IMG/VR virus record: IMGVR_UViG_3300025318_000025
Location: 1 to 37,057 of that record
Reading direction: 5' to 3' (one strand)
DNA: 37,057 nt
Source: a virus
Taxonomy: Duplodnaviria > Caudoviricetes
A program made the translations under genes and the position numbers. Shown here piece after piece: positions 18,559 to 26,959 of this stretch; the first letter of the stretch is position 1, and each line of letters opens with the position of its first letter. Under the pieces are notes generated by a model. The model made no database searches and had not been told where the DNA came from. It saw only the letters and a list, made by a program, of their open reading frames with translations.

Positions 18559-19242
18559 ATGATCGGCGCCGCCGGTGAGCTCGTCCTGCCTCGACGCGTC
18601 ATCCCGCAACCGACACCTGAGGTGTCCGGCGGTGGCGACTGCGGGGCATGCGTGTTCGGCGGCATCTTCGGGATGACCGTTCCCGAGGTCTACGAGTTCA
18701 AGGGCGACGTGTGCTGCATCGGTATCGGAGAGATGCAGCGCATGCTGCGCGTAGCCGCCATCTACAAGAAGGCCGACCGCTTCATCGAAGACCCGGCACG
18801 CTGGGCTGGTCACACGACGTACGAGGCGTTCGGCCGACCTGGGCACCTCGACTACCTGTCCTGGTTCAACTACGTGCGGATGGCGATCGATGCGGGCTAC
18901 TACGGGCTGGCGCAGGTCGACTTCGCCCGGACCGGGGGTCGCGCCAAGGGCGGGACGGATCACTGGGTCATGATCTGCGGCGCTCGCACAGAGGGCACGG
19001 TCATCGACAAGAAACTCACCGGCGAGGTGCTGGTGAGCTGCTCGGCCCGCTCCACGGGTGTGAAGGATGAGTGGGTCGAGGCTCAAGACTTTCTGAAGAA
19101 CCGCGGCGGGTACAACATCCTCTTCGCCCGGCCCCTGTGCCCCTCCTATCGACAGGTAGCCTTGGCGACGGGGCCCTGGCAAGGTACTATTAGCCCAAGA
19201 GTTTCCCACCCTTGTGTTTGGGTGCCGACTAGGAAGTCTTGA
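18559..19242 (+). CDS. Papain-like (C39-like) cysteine peptidase candidate
   Basis: Q-x-GDCGAC nucleophile motif and 'DHWVMICG' His motif. Confidence 0.6.
   Translation: MIGAAGELVLPRRVIPQPTPEVSGGGDCGACVFGGIFGMTVPEVYEFKGDVCCIGIGEMQRMLRVAAIYKKADRFIEDPARWAGHTTYEAFGRPGHLDYLSWFNYVRMAIDAGYYGLAQVDFARTGGRAKGGTDHWVMICGARTEGTVIDKKLTGEVLVSCSARSTGVKDEWVEAQDFLKNRGGYNILFARPLCPSYRQVALATGPWQGTISPRVSHPCVWVPTRKS
19162..19190 (+). promoter_or_regulatory. sigma70-like promoter TTGGCG-N17-TACTAT
   Basis: Upstream of the structural gene at 19260; a motif copy lies just downstream. Confidence 0.55.
19209..19220 (-). promoter_or_regulatory. Dispersed motif copy 5
   Basis: CCCTTGTGTTTG about 12 nt downstream of the predicted transcription start. 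Confidence 0.7.
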
Positions 19243-19259
19243 AGAGTGAGGAGTGATCC

Positions 19260-21461
19260 ATGGCGCTGATCAACGATCCCGACAACCTATTCCAAGGTGG
19301 AAGCACCTCGGTTACGGATGCGGTTTGGGGAACGCCGAGCGGCGTGACGGTAACGATCACGTCGGCTGGCGCAGGACTGCCGGCGCTAGCTGCCGGTGAC
19401 TTCTTCGAGGTGCGAGATCACTCCCAAGCTGTCAACAACGGGCTTTACCAGGCGAGCGGCACGCCCACTACTTCCTCGGTCACTTGCGACAAGGTGAGCG
19501 GCAGTCCACCGGTCGCGGCTGCGTCAGAGGCAGTGACGACACTCGGCACGACGGCGACGACGAAGAACATCTTCTACGACACGGCTGCACGCAAGGTCTA
19601 CCTGTTGGAGAAGAACGGGTTGAGCGCGGACGGCGTGCTCGGCCAGACCGTGTACTCGAAGATGATGATCGACTGGAAGGACGACGCCTTCCTGATCGCC
19701 AACGCGCCGTTCCCGATGCTCTGCATCGACGCGGACGCCGGCAAGTACATCATCGGCCAGGACGCCTCGGGCAACTTCTCGGGCTGGGTCTGGGCGGATG
19801 TTACCGGCTACTCGATCCGAACGCGCAAGCTCCCTCGGAACATGGGGTGGAGCGAGGTCGACTCCAACGGCATCACGAAGGCCATCCACGCTGGCGTCGT
19901 GACCCTTGGTGCGTTCGAGGATCCGACCAACGACATCGCCTACTACCAGTTCGGTACCGATACGACGGTCGACGACACCGTGAACTTCACGTTTGCGGGA
20001 CCCGTCAATGAGGCGGTCAAGTGCTTCGACGAGATCGGCAACCCGCCGACGTGCACGTTCGCAACGACCAACACGATCACGCGCGCCAGCGGCTCGTTCG
20101 TGACGGATGGTTACAAGAAGGGTGGTCGCGTAACCATCCGCGCCGCCACCCAGTCTCAGAACAACGGAACGTTCACGCTGACGGCGGTGGCTGCGCTGAC
20201 CCTCACCGTCAGTGGCACTCCCTTCGCCACTGGCGCCGATACGGCTGCGCAACTAGCCGTCGACAACCGGACACCGTTCACCGCGCGCTTGCGAATCCGC
20301 GACGCCGATGCCAATGGCAAGACGTACGCCCAGGCGAACCTGGCGAGCGGCGGTGAGACCCTTCTGTCGAACCGACTCTTCAAGTTCCCGCTCGCGAACG
20401 CCACGGACCTGAAGATCGAGGCGACCGACGCAACCATTGACGGGAGCGCGCCGTACACCGGAATGTCACTCACCTACTACGCGACGCCGCAGAGCCTAGG
20501 CGGCGGCGGGGTTCTCGTGGGCGGCCCGTACAACTTCGGGATCGTGATCGTCGCGAACGATGGGACGAACCAGCAGGTCCACGAGCAGATCGCCCGGCAA
20601 CTCCGAAAGACAACGGACATCGACGTGGATGCCGATGTCGGAATCGGCCGGACGCTCGACGGACTGATGCGCTTCGTCGGCGACGCGCTACAGGTGGGCT
20701 CGGTCGACGGAGGTATCACCTTCCCGACGAACCCGGACGGCGGCGGGTCCGGCGTCTTCATCAGCGGACTGAACGCGGCATCGAAGAACTTCACCTCGTT
20801 CTACGACAACACTGGCACGGTCCGCTCGTTCCCGGTGTCGGTGCCTGTCACGCTCGACTTCAACGCGACGCTGGAAGCGGACGCCGCTGCGAAGTTCACC
20901 CTGTTCTTCGACCGGACGATCCGCACGTCAGTGACCGATCTTGTAGTCACCGCCGGATCTGGCGCGAACGGGACGATCACGTCGGCCGGCGCCAACCTGC
21001 CCAACAACGCAGAGCTGACCTCGGGGGACTACGTTCGCCTATTGGGGCTGACGGGGGCCGATGCGGCGATGAACGGCATCTACCAGATCACGACCGAGAC
21101 AACTCCGGGGTCGTCCTGGGCTGTCACGCGGTACGACGGCACGACGATTGTCACGACCAGTTCGGCGACCGTGACCGTGGACCAACATGCCGTCGACTCG
21201 CCAGATGCCGTGATCGTGAAGGACGACGTGAGCGCGGACGTGACCGGAACGATCGGCGGCTCGGACTACGCCTTCAGTTTCGACTACAGCAACAACTCGC
21301 AGGGCGGTAGGACTCCGGCGACCGATGCATTCGTGCTCGCCAAGGCGATCGGCCAGTCTACCGCACAGTACGCGGTGAGCACCGTCCAGCAGATCCAGTC
21401 AGGGCTCGCACTCACGATCCCGGTGGTCGCGCAGCAAGAGCGAAACTTTTCGAACCCGTAG
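19260..21461 (+). CDS. Large virion structural / tail-associated protein
   Basis: 733 aa, Thr/Gly/Ala-rich, with repeated 'NNG(L/T/I)(Y/F)' modules. SD GAGGAG. Confidence 0.7.
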   Translation: MALINDPDNLFQGGSTSVTDAVWGTPSGVTVTITSAGAGLPALAAGDFFEVRDHSQAVNNGLYQASGTPTTSSVTCDKVSGSPPVAAASEAVTTLGTTATTKNIFYDTAARKVYLLEKNGLSADGVLGQTVYSKMMIDWKDDAFLIANAPFPMLCIDADAGKYIIGQDASGNFSGWVWADVTGYSIRTRKLPRNMGWSEVDSNGITKAIHAGVVTLGAFEDPTNDIAYYQFGTDTTVDDTVNFTFAGPVNEAVKCFDEIGNPPTCTFATTNTITRASGSFVTDGYKKGGRVTIRAATQSQNNGTFTLTAVAALTLTVSGTPFATGADTAAQLAVDNRTPFTARLRIRDADANGKTYAQANLASGGETLLSNRLFKFPLANATDLKIEATDATIDGSAPYTGMSLTYYATPQSLGGGGVLVGGPYNFGIVIVANDGTNQQVHEQIARQLRKTTDIDVDADVGIGRTLDGLMRFVGDALQVGSVDGGITFPTNPDGGGSGVFISGLNAASKNFTSFYDNTGTVRSFPVSVPVTLDFNATLEADAAAKFTLFFDRTIRTSVTDLVVTAGSGANGTITSAGANLPNNAELTSGDYVRLLGLTGADAAMNGIYQITTETTPGSSWAVTRYDGTTIVTTSSATVTVDQHAVDSPDAVIVKDDVSADVTGTIGGSDYAFSFDYSNNSQGGRTPATDAFVLAKAIGQSTAQYAVSTVQQIQSGLALTIPVVAQQERNFSNP

Positions 21462-21464
21462 CCA

Positions 21465-23177
21465 ATGGCTCTTACGGTCACCACAGATTTGTCCATTCTA
21501 TCCACGGCGGAAGCCATTGGTGGCGCATCTCCCCAGTGGGTTTCTTATGGCTCTGGTGGTGCAGGCGCGATGGCGCTGGAACCGGACTTCCATGTACAAG
21601 GTGCCAACAGCATTAGCCGTGGTGTCTCCGGGACTGTGAATAAGGGGTGTGTATGGGACAACAACACCGGGATCGACTTCACTACCGGGACACATCAGGA
21701 CAAACTCGTTTATATCTGGATGCGTACCTCGACCCCAGGACTCTGTGACACACGAGTGGCCGGAGGGCTTCGCGTCGTCCTCGGGTCAGGCACGACGGCA
21801 CCGGGCGACGCTGCTGGTGTCTGGTCTACCTGGTACGTAGACGGATCGGATTCTATCGTCGAGACCGATGGCTGGGTTTGTTACGTCGTGGATCCTCAGT
21901 CCACTCCCACGGCGACGTTTGGCGGCGGCGTGGATAAGACGGCGATTCGGTGGTTCGGTGGAGTTCAGCGATCGACTGGGACCGCAAAGGGGCAGAACTT
22001 TGGGGTAGACCAGGTTAGCTACGGTCGGGGTGAACTTTTGGTGAGCGGGACGGTTGCTACAGCAGGAGACGGGTTCAAGGAGATCGCAGCAGTTGCCTAC
22101 GACACGGCTGGAACCAATAGGTGGGGCATCCTTTCGGTGAAGGGGGGTGTCATTTACGTTCGTGGAAAGGTAATCATAGGGCACGCCACCAACAACACCA
22201 CGTTCTCGTCCTACGGTGAGCAGGTCGTGTTCGAGACGCCGTCCTACTATAATGGCACGAACGTGGTGAAGGCTATCCCCGATGCCTCGGTGGGCAGCGT
22301 CCAGGGATCAGACGGCCAGACGACATACCTCGGACTCGGCTTTATTGGCGGCTCCGGGACGACTGTGATTGACTTCGGCGTGATCGTCGGGTCCTCGAGT
22401 GGGCGCTCTGGGCCGACGCTTGGGGTCGCATTGAACCCCGGACTTACGACGCCAGGCAGGACTACGGCCACCATTTCGGTTAGTGATGCGGCCATGGCTC
22501 TTGGTCTCTACGGTACCACGTTCTCGGGCTTCGAGGGGGCAGTAGACCTCAACGGAACGAACGTGGCCGGGGACGACTGCTTTGGCAACACCTTTACGGG
22601 TTGCGGGCGCATTACCTCGAACATGGAGATCCGCAACTGCAACATCCTGAACTCCGTCGCGGTGTCTACGGACGGGGCAGTGCTGTGGGACTCCTCAACG
22701 AACATCCAGTCGAGCTTGTTCGCGAACTGCTCGCGCGCGATTGTGTACGAGGCAACGACCGGGACGCCGTTCGCCTACACCGGGATCAAGTTCAGCGGCA
22801 ACACGGTGGACGTGCGAAACGAGAGCGGCGGGGCCATCACGATCAACGTGTCCGGCGGTGACACACCCAGTACGGAAGACATCGGTGGTGGGTCGTCCAC
22901 TACGGTCAACTCGACGGTCAGCGTGACCGTAACGCCACTGACGGCTGGGTCCGAGGTGCGAGCCTACCTCACCGGGACCGCGACAGAGGTGGACGGGACG
23001 GAGAGCAGCAGCGGGTCGTCACACACGCTGTCGCTGGCGTCGGGCACGGCCGTAGACATAGTGATCCTGTGTTATAGCCCGCCGAAGATCCCCGTGCGCA
23101 TCCAGAACGTGAGCTTCACGGTGGCGCAGAACTTGAACCCGTTTCAACGCGACGAACCGAATTTCTCAAACCCGTAA
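21465..23177 (+). CDS. Virion structural protein (beta-helix-like region)
   Basis: 570 aa; ends 'NFSNP*', as does the upstream gene. Confidence 0.68.
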   Translation: MALTVTTDLSILSTAEAIGGASPQWVSYGSGGAGAMALEPDFHVQGANSISRGVSGTVNKGCVWDNNTGIDFTTGTHQDKLVYIWMRTSTPGLCDTRVAGGLRVVLGSGTTAPGDAAGVWSTWYVDGSDSIVETDGWVCYVVDPQSTPTATFGGGVDKTAIRWFGGVQRSTGTAKGQNFGVDQVSYGRGELLVSGTVATAGDGFKEIAAVAYDTAGTNRWGILSVKGGVIYVRGKVIIGHATNNTTFSSYGEQVVFETPSYYNGTNVVKAIPDASVGSVQGSDGQTTYLGLGFIGGSGTTVIDFGVIVGSSSGRSGPTLGVALNPGLTTPGRTTATISVSDAAMALGLYGTTFSGFEGAVDLNGTNVAGDDCFGNTFTGCGRITSNMEIRNCNILNSVAVSTDGAVLWDSSTNIQSSLFANCSRAIVYEATTGTPFAYTGIKFSGNTVDVRNESGGAITINVSGGDTPSTEDIGGGSSTTVNSTVSVTVTPLTAGSEVRAYLTGTATEVDGTESSSGSSHTLSLASGTAVDIVILCYSPPKIPVRIQNVSFTVAQNLNPFQRDEPNFSNP

Positions 23178-24727
23178 TGGCTGACATCGTCACATTCGAC
23201 CCCACGAACAAGCCGCCGCTGATCATCGAGATCGGCGTGGGCGGTGACAACGTACTCAATGTGGCCGAGATTTACAGCGAGTGGAAGGCCTGGTTGATCG
23301 CGGACCCGAGCAGGCTTGCCTACCCAGCGGCATTTCGCTACGTAGGTAGCGACCCCATCACCGAGAGCCAGAACCTGGGGACGACCTTCTTCCTCCTGAA
23401 CGGATGGAAGATCCGGCCGGCGGAGAGTTCGCACAAGCTGGAACTGGTCGGCAACCTGTTCACCGACCCGGCCGGGCAGGACGAGTTCGTCGACACAATC
23501 GGGGCATTCGTCGTCCGAACGAAGATGCACGTGTCCAACCTCGTCGACTCAGTCCTGGTGAACGCGCCGGAGCTTCAGTTCAGCACCTTCAACAACCGTG
23601 TGACAGTGGACGCGGTGAACGGCGTAGCAGGAACCGCGTTCCCGGCAGGGACAGGGCTACAGCCGGTGAACAACTCGGCCGATGCTTTGCTCATACTGCA
23701 AGCTCGAGGGTTGTCGCACCTGCACGTCATCGGGGACATGACAGTCGACGCCGGACTCGATTACAGCGGGCTTCTGATCACTGGTGAATCTCCTGCAAAG
23801 ACGGTCATTGTAGTGAGCGGCAGCGCCAACGTTGAAGGCTGTGAGTTCCGCGACGCCACGGTTTCAGGGACTTTCGACGGCGATGTCGTCATGCGAGATT
23901 GCGTGACCGGAACTTGCAGTATGGTGAAAGGTCTTGTACGCGATTGTCAATTGCGCGGGACATTCACACTCGCCGGAACATCGGCGGGTCAGTTCTCGCT
24001 CGTCAACTGCGTGGACGACCTGGCTGGCTCAGGCGTTCCGACGATCAACTGTGGTGGCGACGGGCCCGAGGTGATCGTCCGTGGTTACAACGGCGGCCTG
24101 GCGCTAACGAACAAGAGCGGAATTGCTGATGCGAGCGTGGACGGCGTAGTCAGGCTGATTCTGCTGCCTACTTACGGTGGAACAGGGTCTCTGATCGTTC
24201 GTGGGGTCGGTCCCCCCGTTGATAACCAAGCGTCTTTTCCGGACGGACAGATCAACAACGATCTGGTGTCAGTTGAGGCTATTTGGGGGGACACAGCGAC
24301 ATACGGTGCTAGCACGAAGGGGAAGCGCCTTGTCGACGTGGACACGCGGCTGCCAATTGATCCAGCCGACGAGAGCAACCAGCTCGCGCAGCACACAGCT
24401 ACTCAAGCAGCGATCGTTGAATTGAACGACCTGTCACAGGCTGACGTGCAAAGTGCAATGACGGCCCAGGGCTACACGGCGGCCCGCGCGATCAAGATCG
24501 ACTTCCTCGACGCGGCCATCTCGACTCGAGGAGCCGCTACTGTTCTGGATACGGTCCTGAAGCACGTCAAGAACCGCCTGAAGGTGGACATCGATTTGCA
24601 GCAGATTGTTCTCTATGACAATGACGGAACAACGGTTATTCAGCGATGGCCTCTACTCACGAAGGGCGGTGAGCCGGTGACGACGGCGACGGGCGTACAG
24701 GTCGAACGCGGAGCACCACTGCTGTGA
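23177..24727 (+). CDS. Virion structural / fibre-like protein
   Basis: 516 aa with TAATG coupling; 'EIYSEWKAW...FFLLNGWKIRP' N-terminal domain. Confidence 0.68.
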   Translation: MADIVTFDPTNKPPLIIEIGVGGDNVLNVAEIYSEWKAWLIADPSRLAYPAAFRYVGSDPITESQNLGTTFFLLNGWKIRPAESSHKLELVGNLFTDPAGQDEFVDTIGAFVVRTKMHVSNLVDSVLVNAPELQFSTFNNRVTVDAVNGVAGTAFPAGTGLQPVNNSADALLILQARGLSHLHVIGDMTVDAGLDYSGLLITGESPAKTVIVVSGSANVEGCEFRDATVSGTFDGDVVMRDCVTGTCSMVKGLVRDCQLRGTFTLAGTSAGQFSLVNCVDDLAGSGVPTINCGGDGPEVIVRGYNGGLALTNKSGIADASVDGVVRLILLPTYGGTGSLIVRGVGPPVDNQASFPDGQINNDLVSVEAIWGDTATYGASTKGKRLVDVDTRLPIDPADESNQLAQHTATQAAIVELNDLSQADVQSAMTAQGYTAARAIKIDFLDAAISTRGAATVLDTVLKHVKNRLKVDIDLQQIVLYDNDGTTVIQRWPLLTKGGEPVTTATGVQVERGAPLL

Positions 24728-24867
24728 TCACGCAGGGCTTGAATACGCAGGGTGGGCAGGTCACGCAAGGGTTGAACCCAGCGACTAGAGGGCTCGCCAC
24801 GCCCGTGGACGTGATCCGTTTCGTGCTATCCTTCGTTCGACGCATGGAGGTGCGACTTGAACGATAG
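24724..24867 (+). CDS. Small protein (47 aa) with a TQGLN repeat, absent from the ORF track
   Basis: GTGA overlap and upstream GGAG; MITQGLNTQGGQVTQGLNP...RLER*. Confidence 0.55.
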   Translation: MITQGLNTQGGQVTQGLNPATRGLATPVDVIRFVLSFVRRMEVRLER

Positions 24868-25018
24868 AGACGTAGTCGAGTTCAGACTGTCGATCCTTCG
24901 ACGCGAGACGATGAGCCGTAGTGTACAATCGCGAGACGAGCACGACCTCGAAGTCGTCGAACAGACGATCCGGGACGCGCAGCTGGCATGCCAACGCCGT
25001 TACGAAGCGGAGCTCTGA
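24857..25018 (+). CDS. Small protein (53 aa), absent from the ORF track
   Basis: TTG start with SD GGAGGT; ends 2 nt before ATG 25021. Confidence 0.55.
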   Translation: MNDRDVVEFRLSILRRETMSRSVQSRDEHDLEVVEQTIRDAQLACQRRYEAEL

Positions 25019-25020
25019 CA

Positions 25021-25329
25021 ATGGCTGCTGAAATTCACGTCAGCGACACGAAGACGCGATTCCTGGTCACGCTCCTCGACGGGACAACGCCGGTCGATCT
25101 CAGCACCGCGACCACGAAGACCTTTAAGTTCAAGCCACCGGGAGGCGCCGCTACTCTATCAAAGACCGCCACGTTCGTGACGGACGGGACCGACGGACAG
25201 TTGTACTACGACACGCTCAATACGGATCTGAGCGTGATCGGTGCTTGGAAACTGCAGGTCTACATCGCCATGCCCTCTTGGACTGGGCACAGCGACATCG
25301 GCACGTTTACCGTGTACGAGAATCTTTAG
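25021..25329 (+). CDS. BppU-like / Ig-like virion protein
   Basis: 'PVDLSTAT...FKPPGG...DGTDGQLYY...DLSVIGAWKLQ' resembles the BppU N-terminal domain. SD GGAG. Confidence 0.65.
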   Translation: MAAEIHVSDTKTRFLVTLLDGTTPVDLSTATTKTFKFKPPGGAATLSKTATFVTDGTDGQLYYDTLNTDLSVIGAWKLQVYIAMPSWTGHSDIGTFTVYENL

Positions 25330-25550
25330 AGACCTGGCCGTACACAGACCTCAAACACAAGGGTGGAAAATAGGTGGGCTGTACAGGCCCCGACGAGGGC
25401 TTGGCCCAGTGCTTGACATGTCCGTCGAGCCCCGGAAAAGTCGCAGTCGGCTTCGCCGGAACAGCACTCAGTGCACATCGGAAAGAGGCCGTAATCGTCT
25501 TCGTGCGGATGAGTCACAGGTTTCTTACACGCAGCGCACTTGTTCATCAT
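25326..25550 (-). CDS. Small Cys-rich (zinc-finger-like) protein
   Basis: CxxC motifs; ATGA coupling with the upstream gene. Confidence 0.5.
   Translation of the reverse strand: MMNKCAACKKPVTHPHEDDYGLFPMCTECCSGEADCDFSGARRTCQALGQALVGACTAHLFSTLVFEVCVRPGL
25352..25363 (+). promoter_or_regulatory. Dispersed motif copy 6
   Basis: CAAACACAAGGG at the point where the two transcription arms converge. Confidence 0.7.
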
Positions 25551-26137
25551 CGCGATTCCCGTTGTACAGACATTATCCGTTGTTGTATTTCTCGTACGAT
25601 GTCGACGCGCACGCGATCGACGCCCCGGGGCTTGCGCGACCCATCATACAGGGAGTACACCATCGATCCACTGTGCAATGCGGTGAACTTCGCGATGTGA
25701 CGATCTACGAGGATGGGACTGATGCTGTAACCGGCGTGGCCGATCGGATATACATCAAGCACGTGCCCGTCAACGTCCAGCCACGAATGCTCGAACCCGA
25801 GCAGATAGTGTCCATCGACCACGGGGAGTCCGAACTGCCTTCCGACGGCTCTTGCGAGTTCGTGGCAACTTGGATCGTCGTGGCCATGCGTGTGCGGGAC
25901 GGAAGTCACGCAGCGGCGGATCGTCTCGAACAGGTCCAGCTGCGAAGCCGTGAACACCGTATTCGCGTAAGGTCTCATCGGTATCTCCGCACCTTCCCGT
26001 CCCCCGCAGCGCGGACACACCGGACTCCAGGTCTCTCGATCCGGGAAGCGCCGCGACAGTAGTAGTTCCCACAGAAGTCCACAGCATCGCCAGGTGCGAA
26101 GCGTCCAGTGCTTCCAACGTGAGTCCTCCCGCGTCAC
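25547..26137 (-). CDS. Hypothetical protein (start uncertain)
   Basis: 196-aa ORF. 'SCHELARAV...FEHSWL..DGHVLDV' is reminiscent of a transglutaminase-like Cys-His-Asp arrangement. Confidence 0.55.
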   Translation of the reverse strand: MTREDSRWKHWTLRTWRCCGLLWELLLSRRFPDRETWSPVCPRCGGREGAEIPMRPYANTVFTASQLDLFETIRRCVTSVPHTHGHDDPSCHELARAVGRQFGLPVVDGHYLLGFEHSWLDVDGHVLDVYPIGHAGYSISPILVDRHIAKFTALHSGSMVYSLYDGSRKPRGVDRVRVDIVREIQQRIMSVQRESR

Positions 26138-26959
26138 TCAGGCTAACTCCAGGACCCCCGCGCAGTCGGGCATCTTGTACCGGGCGCCGGCGGTGTGAAC
26201 GATCAGGTTCGGCAGGATTCGGGTATAGTGCTTCCCGTGCGTGTGCCCGCACAGGACCGTCATGTGCTTGTGCTCGTGCAGTGCCATCACGTCCCGCAGG
26301 ACGTGCCCCACGGCGTCGCACGTGTACCACGGAAGCGCGTAGTCCTCGGTGGGGAGGTTCCGATACCGAGCGGCTTCTGCGAAAGGTGGCACGTGCGTTG
26401 CGAGGACGATGTGCTGCGCCGGCGAGCGGCAGGCTTCAACGAGCTTGGGTAGCAGTCGTTCGGCCGCGGCGTCCCCGAGCTGCTGCAGGCGAGCGATTCG
26501 CGCGGGCCGACGTAGATTCTTGAGCTCCTCGATGTAGTTCCAGTCCGCTAGTTGGGACCGTGAGCCCCAGGGATCGCCGAGTCGTGCGTCCCCGAAACCG
26601 TCGTCTCCGATGAGGATCGTCGACGGTGTGAGCTGCACCGTGGGACTCTGCGTGAGGTATGTGGCTCGAAGATGCTCGGACGTTCTCACGTCGGCGAGTG
26701 CTCGGTGCACCTCTGCGATGGATCCGTAGTAGAAGTCGTGATTGCCGAGGACGAAGTAGATGTCCATCCGCAGCATGCGCTCGAGGTAGTACAAGAACGG
26801 CCCGACGCTGTCCGACTCGGCGATGTCCCCGGTGATGACGAGTCCGTCAGGTTCCTGTGCTGCGATCTCTTCGCAGAATCGCTCGACAACTTCTGCGGAA
26901 CAGAAGTTGAGGTGGATGTCCGAGGCCCAGGCGAGTCGATACACGCTACCAGTCCCCAC
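26138..26959 (-). CDS. Calcineurin-like metallophosphoesterase (CpdA/Icc-like)
   Basis: All five motifs present: SDIH, TGD, GNHD, THVPP, GHTH. Confidence 0.9.
   Translation of the reverse strand: MGTGSVYRLAWASDIHLNFCSAEVVERFCEEIAAQEPDGLVITGDIAESDSVGPFLYYLERMLRMDIYFVLGNHDFYYGSIAEVHRALADVRTSEHLRATYLTQSPTVQLTPSTILIGDDGFGDARLGDPWGSRSQLADWNYIEELKNLRRPARIARLQQLGDAAAERLLPKLVEACRSPAQHIVLATHVPPFAEAARYRNLPTEDYALPWYTCDAVGHVLRDVMALHEHKHMTVLCGHTHGKHYTRILPNLIVHTAGARYKMPDCAGVLELA

Noticed and set aside
25318-25330. Second CTT TAG (GAG AAT CTT TAG A) at the end of the BppU-like gene, with an open +1 frame (25241-26062)
   Set aside because: Only a 3-nt GAG serves as SD, the upstream protein looks complete, and the +1 frame is antisense to plausible genes and not protein-like.
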